From NCBI RefSeq assembly GCF_009914755.1, contig NC_060944.1: DNA of 64,000 nt; one strand, given 5' to 3'. The position numbers were made by a program, and so were the translations under genes. Below are positions 18,822 through 37,572 of this stretch, in pieces (the first letter of the stretch is position 1; every line of letters begins with the position of its first letter). The notes under the pieces were generated by a model that saw only the letters and a list, made by a program, of their open reading frames with translations, searched no databases and was not told the DNA's origin. The DNA comes from the human T2T-CHM13v2.0 reference genome, Homo sapiens.

Positions 18822-20374
18822 CCAGCTTAGCTAAACTAAAATTTGAACACCTTCTCTGTGAGATTTGCAAGCAACTCTGGGGTTTACTTTCCCAAGGAAC
18901 TGGGCTGAGGGGGATTGGTGGGTGGGCTAGAGTCAGAGCATCCTCAGGAGGAAGGTTCCGAAGGATAGGAGATGAGAGAGATGGGAAAAAGGGCACTTGA
19001 GTTCTTGCATTACAGACCCTCTTTTTTCCTAGAAGGGTACTCCTGAGGCACTATTCCCATCCTAAAGACTAGCTGACTATTCTTCAGTTATTTGCTCCAA
19101 TCCAAATTGCAAAGGTGAAAATGAGAGTTTTAACTGAACCTCAGAACTTGTTTCCAAGTAAGAAATTATCCATTCCAGCCACTTCTGACACGTCCATGTC
19201 AGCACTTCCTGTGGTTCCTGCCCCCTACTCTTTTGGTTAGTGCTATGGCTGCTGGGCTGTTGGTTTTAACCCTTCATATGCTACTGATGTCAAAGTCTAA
19301 TAGGAGAGAATTTCTCAGTGTCCTTGCAGAACAGTAAAAGATGAACAGCTTCCCCAAAGGAGGCTTCCTAGAAACATTAATTTATGGGACATAAAACAAC
19401 CAACTAGAATACAGAGACACAGAAGGAGGATGGAGAAGAGAGGGAGAACAAGAAATAAAGGGGCTATCTAGATTTTAAAAGTCAATAATTAGTCTGCTTT
19501 TAGCATTACTAAGATCAGATTGGGCCAGGAGGTGAGCAATCTCCTGAAATATAAGGAAAAATATCAGGATATAATTTCTGTAGATGAAATTCAACCAAGA
19601 GACTGGACTTAGTGCTTCTGATCCTAAACAAATCCTGAAAAACAGTCTCAAAAGGCAGGATTGATGGGATAAAATTGAGCACATATGAAATGTTCTGAGT
19701 GCTAGGACCTGAACACCTTTCTGAAGTTTATCTTTTAAGATTTCTTTCTTCTTGTGCCTTACTTTGAAATGACTCTACCTAAAATGAGAACAATGGCATT
19801 CTAAGATTACTCCTCAGTGTTTACAAGCCTTTTGACACATTAGGGTTTCAGATTTAGGCTCTGTGGGCCTTTTTCTCCTTTGGTAAGGAAATGTGAAGTG
19901 TAGGTGAACCCATGAAGCAAGTTCGTCCTTTGTGCTTCATGGAAAAGTGTTTTCCAGCAGAGGGCATCCTTATGCAACGAATTTCTCTACCCTCAGAATT
20001 ATTTGCGGATATTGAAGTGCATTAGGGAACAGATTTTGCTTTTAAAGGCTTTGCAGTTCAGTTTGTTTTTGGCAAGTCATTTATACATAAGGTGCTAAAG
20101 TGTTAAGAGGACTTGTTCCAATTTTTTTTAAAGTTGGGTAAGTGATAAGTTGTGCTATTAATGATGATGGTAGCAGATCATAAAATGGTTTAACTAAATT
20201 TCTGCTGTTTTATTTACTCATAAATTCAACAAATACTGATTGAGTGCCTTCTGTGTGCAAGACACAGGGGTAGAAGTGGGTATATGAAAGTGAGCCTGAA
20301 TCAAACCTTCCTGGAAAAAAGCTTACTATATATAAAAGGGATAGGACACAAATGCAGGAAAATAAAATACAAGA

Positions 20375-20376
<2 letters not shown>

Positions 20377-20456
<80 letters not shown>

Positions 20457-20470
20457 TGTGTGTGTGTGTA
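20377..20470. repeat. Compound microsatellite (CT)n(AT)n(GT)n
   Basis: Directly visible. Confidence 0.95.
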
Positions 20471-23400
20471 TTCTTATTAGAAGCACTGACTTCTCTAATA
20501 TTAATTGTTAGTAGGCTTTCACATTTTTTCCATTTCCTGCTAGAGGGCAGCTAGAATATTCAAGTTGTTTTCGAATGTTTTAACTTCTGCCAAAATTGAT
20601 TTGTTTAGGCTTCCTTTCTTCCTATTTTCAAACTCCATCTATATTTTAGGAGGAAATTAATCTGTACATTGCAATTCTGCCTGCAATTTTAAAAATAGAT
20701 TATTTGGAAAGACTTGTTCATTGTCTCGGTATTCTCTAAACTCTTTCCATTTCTAGTGAAAAGGAGGAATTATTGTAACTTGGCCCTCTTCAACCCAGAG
20801 GAAATCTGGAGTGAAATCTGAAAGCGGCAGACTTGCTTAACCTTTTCCTATCAGATTGCTGGCAGTGGAAAGTTTGTTAAAAGTGTGTGGATTGAGTGAA
20901 ACACCATGGGTCTCAGACTGGGCCACAGGTTCTGGGAGATGCATCTTGACCTCACTTCAGCCTGACACCACTGGATAAAAGCAAGCAACATTCCAAGTTC
21001 AGTTGCTTTTGTCCCAAGGATGAGACCACTCAGACCCACAAGGCTCTGTCAGAACCAGCAGTTTCAGGAGCTTGTTAGCTTGACTGTGTGGCTTGCAGCA
21101 CCTTCCAGAGAATGCAGCAGGGCAGGTATGAATATGTGATGCTTTTCATCTTGGGTTCCATGTCCGGTAAACGCTCTAGAAGCTGTATCTGAAACTCAGG
21201 CTGCACCATGGGAGCTAACTGCTGGACCTTAGAACATAGTAGTAGATTTGGGCTCCTTCAGAGGAAACACAGATATTTTGCTCAGTGGCCTGGGTTGACC
21301 ACACTTTCTGTAATTGTCCTGCTACAGGAGAGACCAGAATGGCTCAGTGTGCCAAGCATCTTGAGGAGAGTGCCATTCTAGAAGCCGGTTAAGTTTTTCA
21401 GTCCTCAGGTCTATTTTCAGTGAGAACATCTATGGCAGATACTGTTAGTGCTCCACCCAGATCCCTTCTACTGGACTGGGGCACACATCCTCATATGTAC
21501 AAGTTGATGCCTAGTGACACATAGTTGCTTCTTTCTCCAGAGAATTGTCCCCCATTGAAGGAAGTTACTTCATCTTTTTTTTTTGGGCAGAAACCAAAAT
21601 TGGGGCATCCAGCAATTCAGACAATGACAGACTGAAAATGGGATACAAAATGTTGGTCCTTTGCCCAAAGGTAGAAACAATTTTGTGATATTACGCACAC
21701 TCCAAGGTTCCCCATGAAATCAGGCTGAAAGTAAAGTCCAGCTGAGACTACCTCCTACTTGCGTAACACGATTCCTACTCCATCCTGCTTTTCCCACTCC
21801 CCTTTCCCTGAGAGCCCACCTGCAATAGATCATGTCTCAGACTGCTTCCAGAAACCTTACCCGAGACGGCACCTCTTTTCACTTGGTAGTGCAAATAGTC
21901 CTCTTTTCTTTACATAATGTGTTTGTTGCCTATCAGCAGTTGCCACTTCCTCTTTTTTTAAGAGAACACACTTTATTCATGTATCAGGTGGCTATGGGCT
22001 TCAGTCCATTCTGGTCCCCAAGGGTGAATCTTGTTAAATTCAAGCCAATAGTGATAGTTTTATTCTCATTTCTAGTGAGTGATTTAAGAATAGAATGTGA
22101 CCCAATTCTTGTCAATAGCACTGAAAAGAAGTCAGCTGGAGAGCATCTGGACATGTTTTCTTTGATCTTAAAAGGGGAGCAGAGAAAAAGATATGCTTAT
22201 ATTCCTATCTCTGGATATTGCCAAGTGGGAATGTGTTAGCAGAGCTTCAGCAGCCATTTTGTGACTATGAGGGAAATCCAGGATAATCTCAGACTTTGAG
22301 GGTTATGATGTGATTGAGCCTTGAATTAACTGATCCTGCAGCTGCTCCACTTTAGTTATGTAAAATAGTGAAAGTTGTATTTGTTTAAACAAATTAGTTG
22401 AGTCTGTTGCTATTTGTAAATGACAGTGTACTAGATATCTGCAAAGCTAGCCTCAAGAAAAGTTACTTTCTAAAGGCCAAGTGATATTGAGAATATAGAA
22501 CAGAAAAAAACAATTTATGTTCTCCATTCTATTTTCCTATCATAAAGAGAAGAATGGGCTGGTAAGAATTTGTATGACATTTTGTTTTGGCTTATATAGC
22601 TGGTTTATTGAATGGGCTTAACTTGATGGAAGCAAAACAGGAAATAGGCTTATTTTCTATCCATTACTGACCTCAAAATTCTCTGTTGCATTTGCCTTGC
22701 CTCTCCTTCTCCTAATGACAGCTTTTTGTTCACTTTTAGCTGTAAGAACAATCTCATTTTTGTATTATAAAATGTAGTCTCAGCTACACCAATACGTTCA
22801 ATCTTGCATTCAGTTAAAAATGTTATTTTTCCATAGCTCAGGCCTCAAGACTCATGGCTCAGGGTCTGGAAAAGGGGAAGGAATGGTGGTTGATTCTTTT
22901 AATATCCCATTCCTTATCCCATTTCCTGATTTTTTTTTTTTTTTTTTTTTAAGTGGGTGTTCAGTGTAGTTCTCTTACCCGTTGGCCACCATTTTCACTG
23001 TGATGGCTGGTGCCCAAATGCTGACTCTTCTGTGGGACACATTTATGGGTTCGTTGGGTACCTTCCCTTGGGAACTCCTGTGCTTTGCATACGTGAGGCT
23101 AGTGATTCACCCTCTGCTTGATCTTCTGGAACCCCCTCCTTAGCTCCACTGGGAGGCACGTGGATGGCTAAAATTCCCCGTCTCCTTTGAGTTAGTCGTG
23201 GCAATGTGACTTTCTGAAATATGAATAATAAACATACATTTCACTTCTGGATGGAAGTATTTAATTGCCAGCACTTCACTCCCCAGCCCATCTTTTTCCT
23301 TAATGGCAAACTGCAAAGACTTGCTTTCGAAATATTGGAGTTGTAAGAAAACAGTCCCTGAGTGACATGGCGCAGAGCCTTCCACAAACCTACCTTAGAC

Positions 23401-25404
23401 GTGCTGTCTAAGCAAAACCCCAAATCTTTATTTTAAGCCACTGAGATTTTGAGGCTGTTTGTTACTATAGATTTACCTTGCCCATCTTGACTGATACGGT
23501 TCTTTGCTTTGGGATTTACACTGAAATTTTGAGACATGAGAAAAAGTCTCATTGAGCATGCTGTCACTCCTATAACTGAAGGATTTTTTTTTTTTGGAAT
23601 ATTTTTATATACTTCCTGAGAGTACCTATGTCTTAATCTCATAATGCTAAAATAACTTTAATAAGCTAATTACTTTTAGCTGTTCTACAAAGAAATCCCA
23701 TGAGAAAACCTCTGAGCATTTATTTCATGGGGGAAGACCATCATTTAGAAATCTGGTCTCATGTGGTCTACCTGTTCAGCTTTGACTGCCCCTCTCTCCA
23801 GCCTATAACCTCCAGACCGAGAAAATCTCAGCATCCACTTGTTCATTTTTGCCTCTGGAAATTTATCCTAACATTTATCTTCCTTTCTTGGAGTTTTCTC
23901 TTTCTTTTTGGTCTCACCTCTTCCATGAATTTAAGTCGACTAACCAAATGGTGATATTTATTCAGCATTGTCTTAGACTGAATTCCTCTAGACAGACTCC
24001 AAAACAAGGATTCCAGAGCAGGTATTTATTTGAGAGGTGATTTTGGGAAATGCCAACAAAAATGTAGAGAGTAAGAATGAGCTGGGAAGAGGGCCAATAC
24101 AGGGTTCATTAATGAGCTCAAGACAACTAGGACTCAAATCTGGTGGGGACCTCTCAGAGACTGTGTAGAACATGCACCTCAGGGTTGTTCTGTCAAAGAG
24201 ACAAGGGAGCTTCGGGTATTAATCCACCAGTCCATGACTATAATTGGCTGAGGGATGTTCCCAGGGGCATTTATTCCATAGTTCTTTTTTTTTTTTCTGC
24301 CCAGGCAAGCACAATCTAGTCACAAGACAAAGCCCCCGAGGCAGGTCCACAGGCACTTATAGTAGAAAGTCTGGATCTGAAGGAGAATGGTGAGTTCAGA
24401 GAACCCAGCAGCATCTACTACCAGCCATGTCTTGAGTTCAGAGTGCTGGTTCTTTGCCTCAAGTACTTAAGATTGAGGCAGGCAGGCAGGCACCTGTTTA
24501 CCATACCATAAGGCAGGATATTATATGTTAACAGAATGACTAAAAATAAACAACATAATAAGCATGAAGGAAGGAGAAATTAATTTTACTTTGAGAAAGC
24601 AGAGAAGATGGATTTTCATTTGGCTTTAAAGGGTGGAAAGGATTCAGTAAGAGGAGTTTCTTTCAAGTCAGGGACTAATGTTAGCACAGGCTTGGCTGCT
24701 GTAGCATCAGTTTATGTTTTGGGAAAATCGTAAGCAGTGGGTTTGACTGGACAAAAAGTGGTTAAGATGGAATAGGAAATTGAGGTGGAAGGAATGTAGG
24801 GCCAGATGATGAAGGGCCAAGAGTTCCATTTGTGATTTTTTTTTGATAGAAAGTACAACATTTGTAAAACTTGCAGGGAGATTTAAACTCTTGCCTCTGA
24901 ATCCTTCAGACCATGCCAGTTCCTTCTATTTGTCTCCTCCACTTCCTCCTCTTAGAGCTCTGGGTTTGCCTTTTCTGGTCCCTCTATCTGAATATTTCTT
25001 TCTAAATTCGTTTAGCCGATTCCCCCTTAGCTCATTCCAGGTCCAGTGTTCTGGGTGTTGGTCTTTTGCTGGCTTTGCCTCCCAGAGTTGGAGGCAGGGG
25101 TGGCCATCTTGGATCTGGCAGGCCAAGGGTCCCATTGTCTTTCAGCCTGCACTTGGGTTTCGTCTTCTTCCTGCTCCAAAATGCTCTGTCCTGACATTCT
25201 CATTTCCTTTTCCTGTCATGCCATAGCATGACATAGTCCTTTGATGCCATAGCATGTATTAAACTCTTGTTTAATAATGAGAGTGTATAAGTGATTTTAA
25301 AGAACACTTTTGATTCTGTTGTAGCTACAGACTTAGGACAAAATCTGCTTATACCTTCTGGAATATGTTCTTAGTCACAGAAAATTATGTTATTCTCTCA
25401 TTTT

Positions 25405-26259
25405 TGATATGGGAAATGTTTCCTTATCCCCCTTGCAGTGCGTGCCATGGGGGTGTGGCTCACTTATTCAGTGCCCTGCTGCTCAAACCTCTAGGGGGAG
25501 CATGCAGACGGATGGGTTGTGGGGCGTGTGGGCTCTGACCCCCGGGCAGCATCTAGGGGTGATATTTACAGCTCCTGAAGCCCCAGTGGGCGTGTGTTAC
25601 AGGGTGCTCTTTTAATTTTGCTCTCTGTAGGGGGCTTGTGTTAACTAGCTCAGTGAGACCCTCTGTCTTATCTCAAGAACAGAGGGCTTTCTGTATCCCG
25701 GGGTTCTTGCCTTAGTGTACCAGAAAAATCAGATCACATGTGAGTTTGGAGAATGAGTGCAAGGTTTTATTGAGTGGAAGTAGCTTTCAGCAGATGGATG
25801 GGGAGCCAGAAAGGAGGATGGAGCTGGAAGGTGGTTTTCCCCTGGAGTTGGGCAGCTCAGCAGCTGGACTCTCCTCTGACTTCCCCCCCACCGCCAAATT
25901 CCCCTCTGTGTCCATGTCATTCTGCTGGTCGATGGCCTGCTGGTGTCTGCTGGTGTCGGCCGGTGTGTTCTTCTGCTCCTCTGCTCCTCTCGATGTCCAG
26001 CTGCCTGTGTGCCCTTCTGCCAGTGTGTTCCTCTTGACATCCAGCTGCTTGTGGTCTGTGCCTACTAGGGTCTCGAGGATTTTTAATAGGCATAGGATGG
26101 GGATGTGGTGAGCCAGGGTGGTCTTGGAAAATGCAACATTTGGGCGTGAAGGCATGAGTGCCTTTTCTTACCTAGGTCTGTGGGCACAGGCCTAAGGGTG
26201 GAACCCTCGCCAGGGACCCTGCCCTTCTCTCAGCACTTCCCTGCTCATCTCCTGTATCA
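25405..26259 (-). mobile_element. ERV1 solo LTR (LTR1/LTR27/LTR28/MER52 group)
   Basis: TG…CA termini; GC-rich; gcaaggttttattgagtgg and ggaaaatgcaacatttgggcg motifs. Explains the cluster of spurious ORFs at 25.4-26.2 kb. Confidence 0.7.
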
Positions 26260-27814
26260 ATTTGATGGATTATTGTTTTATATGTAGTATTTGCAAACAA
26301 GATTGATAATTGTATTTACAATAAAATAACTGAAAGAATAAGTAAATAATATGGATTAATTATGCTGGGTAAAGCTACTACAAAAATAAATTTTTTGTTT
26401 TTAACATGCTTTGGCGTTAATGGCTGACATTAAGAGAGCTTTTCTAATTTGCTAAGCACTGTTCTGTGCCATTTAGATAAATTAACATTTTAAATAATTA
26501 TGACAATTCTAAGAGATAGCCCTGCTGTTGCCCTCATTTTACAAATAAAGAAATGGAGACAAAGAGAGGTGAAGTAACCTGTCTAAGGTCACACATTTTG
26601 GAAGAAGCAGAGTTGAGATTTCAACCATGACACTGGCTCAGAGTTCCAGCTCCTTAACACTAGGCTGTAGTGTTGCTCTTTGTGCTGTACTGCAGTGGTT
26701 CTCAACGTGTGGTCCTGGGACCAGCAGCATCAGCATCACCTGGGGACCTTTTAGGAAGGCAAGTTCTCTGGCTACAGCCCAACTTACTAAGTCAGAAATT
26801 CTGGGGATAGGGGCCGGGAAGCTGTGTTGAAACAAGCCCTCCAGGGAATCAGATGGATTCCAGCGTTTGACAATACCTGTTACACTGCCATCTATGTTGC
26901 AAGTGTTTTTGGATTTACCTTTTAAGTTATGCATCCTTTTGGGAAAGTAGTAGAAACTTATACTATCCCAGCAGCTATATGGGGCATGGGTTCTACTACC
27001 CTCTTTTGAGGTAAGAAGATGCTACGAGTAGTCTCCCTAGAACTTTATTTTCTCATGTATAGATTGATAGGACACTCTCTTCCCACCTTCCTGGAAGCCT
27101 TGTGGAGGAAAGAGGAAATGTCATATGTGATTGGCTTTTTAAATGACAGATGGCACTGATAAAATTTAAAGTCCATGGGTAAGTCATCAAGCTGGCCATC
27201 TTTAACTGAGGATTAATTATAATTATACTACTGATAACTGAACAGGGCAAAAGTAAGTTCTGTTCCCTCCCTTTTAAGTTGTTAACTTTTACTGGCATGT
27301 TATTTACTGTAGACAGATAAGGGTAGAATAAAGCAGTTTTTCACATTCCTTTCACAAAACCTCCGAAGTCATACAGTGAATATAGAGTTACCCCTGGCCT
27401 CAAACGGATGAGAAGCAATTTTGCCGTCTCGTTTGATTTTTTTGTCTTTTAAGGCAGGCCTTTTCTGACACCCTAATTTTTACTGATCACCCCCTGGAGT
27501 TCTTTATTTCTCTTTGACACAGAAAAAAGTTATTTGTTCTCTTCTGCTTTTGTCACCTGTCTCTTCAAGTTTTCTTTCTTCCTATCTTTTTGGCATTTTG
27601 AAGAACCACTGTATAAAATATTAAGCTTAGGTTTTTCTCTATGCACTCAATTTCAGTTCCTGCAGCAAATACCATATGTGTCAACCTGTTTGATGTTCAG
27701 CTGCTGCCCATTACCAGGTATAGCCTGAGGTAGGGATTACAGTAGTGCTTCTCAAACTTTAATGTTATAAAAGGTACCTGGGCAATCTTGTTGGAATACA
27801 AATTCTGCTTCTAA

Positions 27815-28181
<367 letters not shown>

Positions 28182-29179
28182 TGAGGCTGGGCATTGGTAA
28201 AAGTTTTCTAGGTGACCCTAAAATGCAGCCAGAATAAGAGGAAGCCTTCTTTCCTTCAGTGGCTCTCTGAGCTGTCCTCCATGCTACCCCCAGAAATGTG
28301 TTCTAACCGATCTGAGATAGAGCAGTGTAGTGGTTGAAAGCAAGACTCTGGATCCTAGCCTAATGAGTTTGAATCTCTATTCCTATGCTTACTGGATGTG
28401 TGACCATAAACAACTTAATTAGCCTCTCTGTCTTGGTTTCCCCATCTATAAAATGCAGATAAGATGGTAGGTCCCATTAAAGGGTTATCGTGAGTTAAAG
28501 TATGCAAAGTGCTTACAATAGTATATTAGCTATTTATTGCCATGTAACTAATTACTCAAAAACTTAATGGCTTTTATTATCTTACCATTTCTTTTTTTAT
28601 TATTATTTTGACTCTGCTTGATATTATCTTACCATTTCTATGGGTCAGGAATTTGGGAATAACTTTGGTTCAGGGTCTCTCATGAAGTTGCAGTCAAGAT
28701 GTTAGCTGGGGATGCACTGATCTCAACAGGAACGGGAGGATTATCTACTTCTAAAATAGTTCATTCACGTAGCTGTTGACTGGAGCCTAGTTTCTAGTTT
28801 CTCACAGCATAGGAACCTTCACAGGGCTGCTTAAAATGTCTTTACAACATGGCCGCTGGCTTCCCTCAGAGCGAGTGACCCCAGGGAGAGAGAGCAAGGA
28901 GAAAGCCACAGTAGCTTTTTATGACTGAGATTGGAAAGTCACACCATCACATCTGACACATTTTACATATTTTGTTCATTAGAAATGAGGCTCTACCTCT
29001 TAAAGGGATGAGTATAAAAGAATTTATGGACAAATTTTAAAACTACCACAAATGTTTTTTGGCTCGTGGCAAGCAATGTGTTAAGAAAGTTGCTATTTTC
29101 ACTAGCTGGTATTATATCCCTTTCTGAATGTACTTAATGGTGCTGTGTTGTCCTCTAGAATCAATGGAACTTTCACTAT

Positions 29180-29530
29180 AACCAGTGGAACTGTCTGTGC
29201 TGATGAGAATGTTTTATTTCTGCATTGTCCAATACAGCCACCACTAGCCTCATGTGGCTGTTGAACATTTGAAGTGTGTTTAGTGTGAAATGTGTTTAGT
29301 GTGATTGAGGAACTAGGCTTTAAGTTTTTTTTTTTTTTTTTTTTTTTTGAGACAGAGTCTCACTCTGTCACCCAGGCTGCAGTGAAGTGGCGCGGTCTTG
29401 GCTCACTGCACTGCAACCTTTGGCTCCTAGGTTCAAGTGAGTCTCGTTAGGCTTTAACTTTAATTGTAAATAGTAATAATTTAAGTTTAACTAGCACATG
29501 TGGCTAGTGGTTACTGTACTTGGTAGCTCA
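29180..29530. mobile_element. MER3-like hAT element interrupted by an Alu fragment (~29325-29446, - strand)
   Basis: ccactagcctcatgtggct / tagcacatgtggctagtgg motifs; Alu flanked by taggctttaa(g/c)ttt. Confidence 0.65.
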
Positions 29531-30422
29531 GTTCTAGTACCTTGTTTTCAAAAGTGTGCTGCTGAGACCAGCAACACCTGTGTCACTTGGGAGCTTATTA
29601 GAAATGCAGAATCTCTGGCCATATCACAGAACTCTTGAATCCAAATCATAACAAGATTGCCTAGTGATTCTAATATACATTAAAGTTTCAGAACTACTGG
29701 GTTATAGTCCAAAATCTTTAAATTGCAAGACTCTTAAGAACCTGGGGCTTCCCACGTTTCAAGTCCCTTTCTAGTACCCTTTCCCATACATTCATTTCAA
29801 TGTCTCCTAAAACAAGGGCTTTGTCTAAGTCATTGCCTATGGCTGGAGGGTCTCAACCTGGAAAACCCTACTCATTCTCCAAGACCTGGCTAAAACGCCA
29901 CCTCTTCCATGACTTTCCCCTTCATCTCACTCAAGAAGTCATTGCTCCCTCATTTGTATTCCTGGAGAACTTGATACGCCTTCCACAAGATTTCCATGAT
30001 GTAATATAGTTATTTGTGTATGTGGGTTGAGGCTTGGGACCACATCTTGATTTGTTTTTCTGTTGTATGCACCTAGCATAATGCCTGTTTTATCCAACAC
30101 CCTTGAATTTTAGAAACTGATCATGGTAAATATATTGCATACTTCTTAACACTGAAGCAGAAATCTGCAATCCAATACATGTCTATATCTATAGAGAAAT
30201 TTATGGATACTCGCACTAAGTGAGCAGTTGGCCTGGTCTCTTCCTAGCTTGTTGACAACTGGATGCCACCATACAACTGTATTGTATGCTCAGACCTGGT
30301 GGTGGCTGACAGGAGCATTTTGAAGCATTAGCCCTCACTTCTTCAGAATCTATAGAATTGAGTCACTCGAGAAACAGAATGAGATTTCCCAGGTCAAGGA
30401 CAAGCTGCATTTTGTCAGATGA

Positions 30423-34314
<3,892 letters not shown>

Positions 34315-35075
34315 AAAATGCACATTAGTGATGTTAGTGCGTCAGGGACAGAAACTGGAGAATTGGGGAGGCCTGAACTGCCAGCCAAGAAACTGGGACC
34401 TTACCCAAGGCTGACATTGTTCTTCTGAATAAGTTTCCTTTTGAATGAAATCCTGAATCTTTTCTTGTTTAGGAGGCAGGTGGTTGAGATGTTACTTTTG
34501 TTTTCACTTGACCCTAAAAGGAGACAGCTGACATAGGTAGTTCAAAGTGGAAATTTAATTCCAAGTCTTAGAAACCAGGCAAAGGTAGGGAAGTTGTATG
34601 GTGCTTTTAAACATAATATCCTTTATTGGTCCCAATGTCCATATGAATAACATCAATTTTAATATTATTTTATTAGCCCTAAATTATTACCTTTTATTCT
34701 TCAAGCACTGTCCCTACAATGCTAGAATTTGCTGAAAAGTTTATATTGGCCCTGCTCAGCTCCAAAATTAAGCATGTCCCATTCACTAAATCTTAATCCT
34801 GAATCCAAATCAAATTCTTTTTCCACTACTCCTTTTCTTATTGCATACCAAACAGAGGCCAAAACTTTAATAAGAATGGCATCAAAGTAAGAAGATGTAG
34901 CATTCTATACTTTGTCAGTTACTGATTTAACCCTATATTGGTCCTGTAATACACAGGTAGCATAACAGGCTATTTGCAAAAGTCCCTAAAATTCTCTTAG
35001 AAGGAAATCTGATGTATTGTATCCAATGCATGAGATTTTGAATGAGCACAGAAGGATAATTAATATACATTGTAG

Positions 35076-35422
<347 letters not shown>

Positions 35423-35939
35423 TAAAATTAAATGTTCAAGTCCAAGCACTTGGGGTCACCTGGTGGTCTAAACAGATGCATGACTCCTTGTATCACCCAC
35501 ATCAGAATTCCCAACTTAACCCCAAGCAGGTGAAACAAGTGTGTTTAAATCAGCAGGAGCCAGTAGTGACTTAGCTTAACACCTGTCTTTTAAGATAATG
35601 CACATGTGAAACAAATGCATTCTTGGGCATTTAGGCTCATGATCTTCCATTTTATGTTTCCTTCAGCCTACATACTAAAGACCCCAAATCTTTGTCCATG
35701 GTACAGACATCTTCCCTCAGTTCCAGAAACATGTTCATCCGCCTGTTGGTATCGACAGCTGAATGTTCTACAGGTATCTGAAACTCTGTCTGTCTCATGC
35801 TGTCTCAGTTTGTCTCATTATACTTCCTCTACTCATCCTTTAACTTACAGAAAGTTGGAAATCCTGTGAGATGCCCCCATCTCCCTAAGACTCCATAATT
35901 ATTAAGTGATCATAGAGGAATACAGGAAGTAGTCTTGTA

Positions 35940-37065
35940 TGACATTTTGCCAAATTGTTTTCCAAAAATAGTTTTACCAGTTTATATTCCTATCAGCAGT
36001 ATATATACATTTCTGTTTTTCTGAATTCTGCTGAACATTTGAAATATTAGGTTCACATTTTTTCCGATTTGACGAGTGTGGAGATGGTAACTCATTTTGG
36101 TTTTATTTTGAATTTCCCTGATTATTCTCAGTGAGACTGAGAATACCTTCATATATTTATTGTATATTTATTTTTTTCCTTCTGTGAATTGCCTATTAAT
36201 ACCTTTTGCCCATTTTCCATTGGATTGCTTCTCTTTTTTCAGTAAAAGTGCTACATATATTCTGAGTACTAATCCTTTGTTGGTGTTATATATGGAAAAG
36301 AACTTTTTCTAGATTGTGGCTTGTCATTTCTTTTCCTATGTTGATTTTCATGAGAGATGAATTAAATAAATTAGTGCAGTAAATTTTTCAATCTTTTGTT
36401 ATCTGTATTTTGCTTTTGCATGTCTTATTTAAAGAGATCCTTCCCTACTTCAAGGTCATAGACATTCTCCTACACATTTTATTCTAATTTTTAAAAAGTT
36501 TTGAGTTTTGTATTTATGTCTTTAGCTCAGCTGGAATTCATTTTGTATGAGGTGAAAATCTAATGTGCTTAAAAAATTTGGACAACTAATTATCCCAGGA
36601 ATTATCAAATAGCCTATTTTTATAGGTCTGCAATGCCCTTTCTATCAAATATTAAGTGTCTATGTATGTTTGGGTCCATTTTTGGGTTCTCTGTTTTGAG
36701 CAATAATCAGTTTATCCATCTTTGTATCAAATACTTTCTAGATTTCTGTAGCTTTAAAATCTTTATATTTGGTAAGGCAAGTTTCTTTACTTATATTTAA
36801 ATATTTCTCGATTTTTTTGCCTTTTCTATGAAATTTAGAATCAGTGTATCAAGTATGACAAAAATTTATAGATTAATTTGACTTTAAAAAATCTTATCTT
36901 CCTATTAATTTTGTATCTTGTTTAAAAAATCCCATTTCCTAACTCTTATGGCTGCATAAAAATACGATTGATTTTATATATTGATTCTGTTTTTGGCAAC
37001 CTTACTAAACTTTCTAATTAATTATGATAAATTATATGCATATTCTTTTGGATTCTCTACCTCAG
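35940..37065 (-). mobile_element. Old L1M(E) ORF2 fragment, continuing after ~50230
   Basis: Antisense L1 ORF2 text ending at …ttttggattctctac and resuming at gtcatacagtctgctaataaggacaatttt. Confidence 0.6.
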
Positions 37066-37069
37066 TAGT

Positions 37070-37572
37070 TGTACTGATTTTAAAAAGTCCACAAATTTTT
37101 TGATACTTCTCAATTCAAGAGGTGGAGCCTAATCACTCTCCCTTGAGTGTGGGTTAGATTTAGGAACACAGTTTTAACAAATAGAAAACGTGGAAATGAT
37201 GGTGTGTCACTTCTGAGATTTGGTTGTAAAAGACACTGCAGCTTCCATTTGGCCCTCTGTCTCTGTCTCTTTGTCTAATGGCTCACTCAGAGGGGAGCCA
37301 GCTGCCATGTCATGAGGACATTCAGGCAGCCTTGTGGAAAGCCTCATGTGGCGAGGAACTGAGGCCGCCTGCCAAAAGTGGGAGGAAGTGAGGTGTTCTC
37401 CCGACAGCCATGGGAGCAAGCCATCTTGAAAATGCATCCTCCCGTCCCAGTCAGCCTTTCAGGAGACTGCAGCCTCAGCAGACATTTCGACTACAACCTC
37501 CTGAGAGACCTGGAGCCTTTAAGCTGCTTCTAGATTCCTGACCCTCAGAAGCTATTTGAAGTAATAAAGATC
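37070..37572 (+). mobile_element. MLT1F-like MaLR LTR, 5' part (3' end at ~50159-50225)
   Basis: MLT1 motifs up to gtaataaagat; the consensus continuation tttgttattttaagc…ttttggggtaatttg is found at ~50164. Confidence 0.7.

Noticed and set aside
19910-19942. Perfect 10-bp inverted repeat ccatgaagca/tgcttcatgg
   Set aside because: About one such short-loop stem is expected by chance in 64 kb; no RNA-family features.
25729-26155. Cluster of 87-123 aa ORFs on both strands
   Set aside because: Lies within a GC-rich solo LTR; no recognisable protein.
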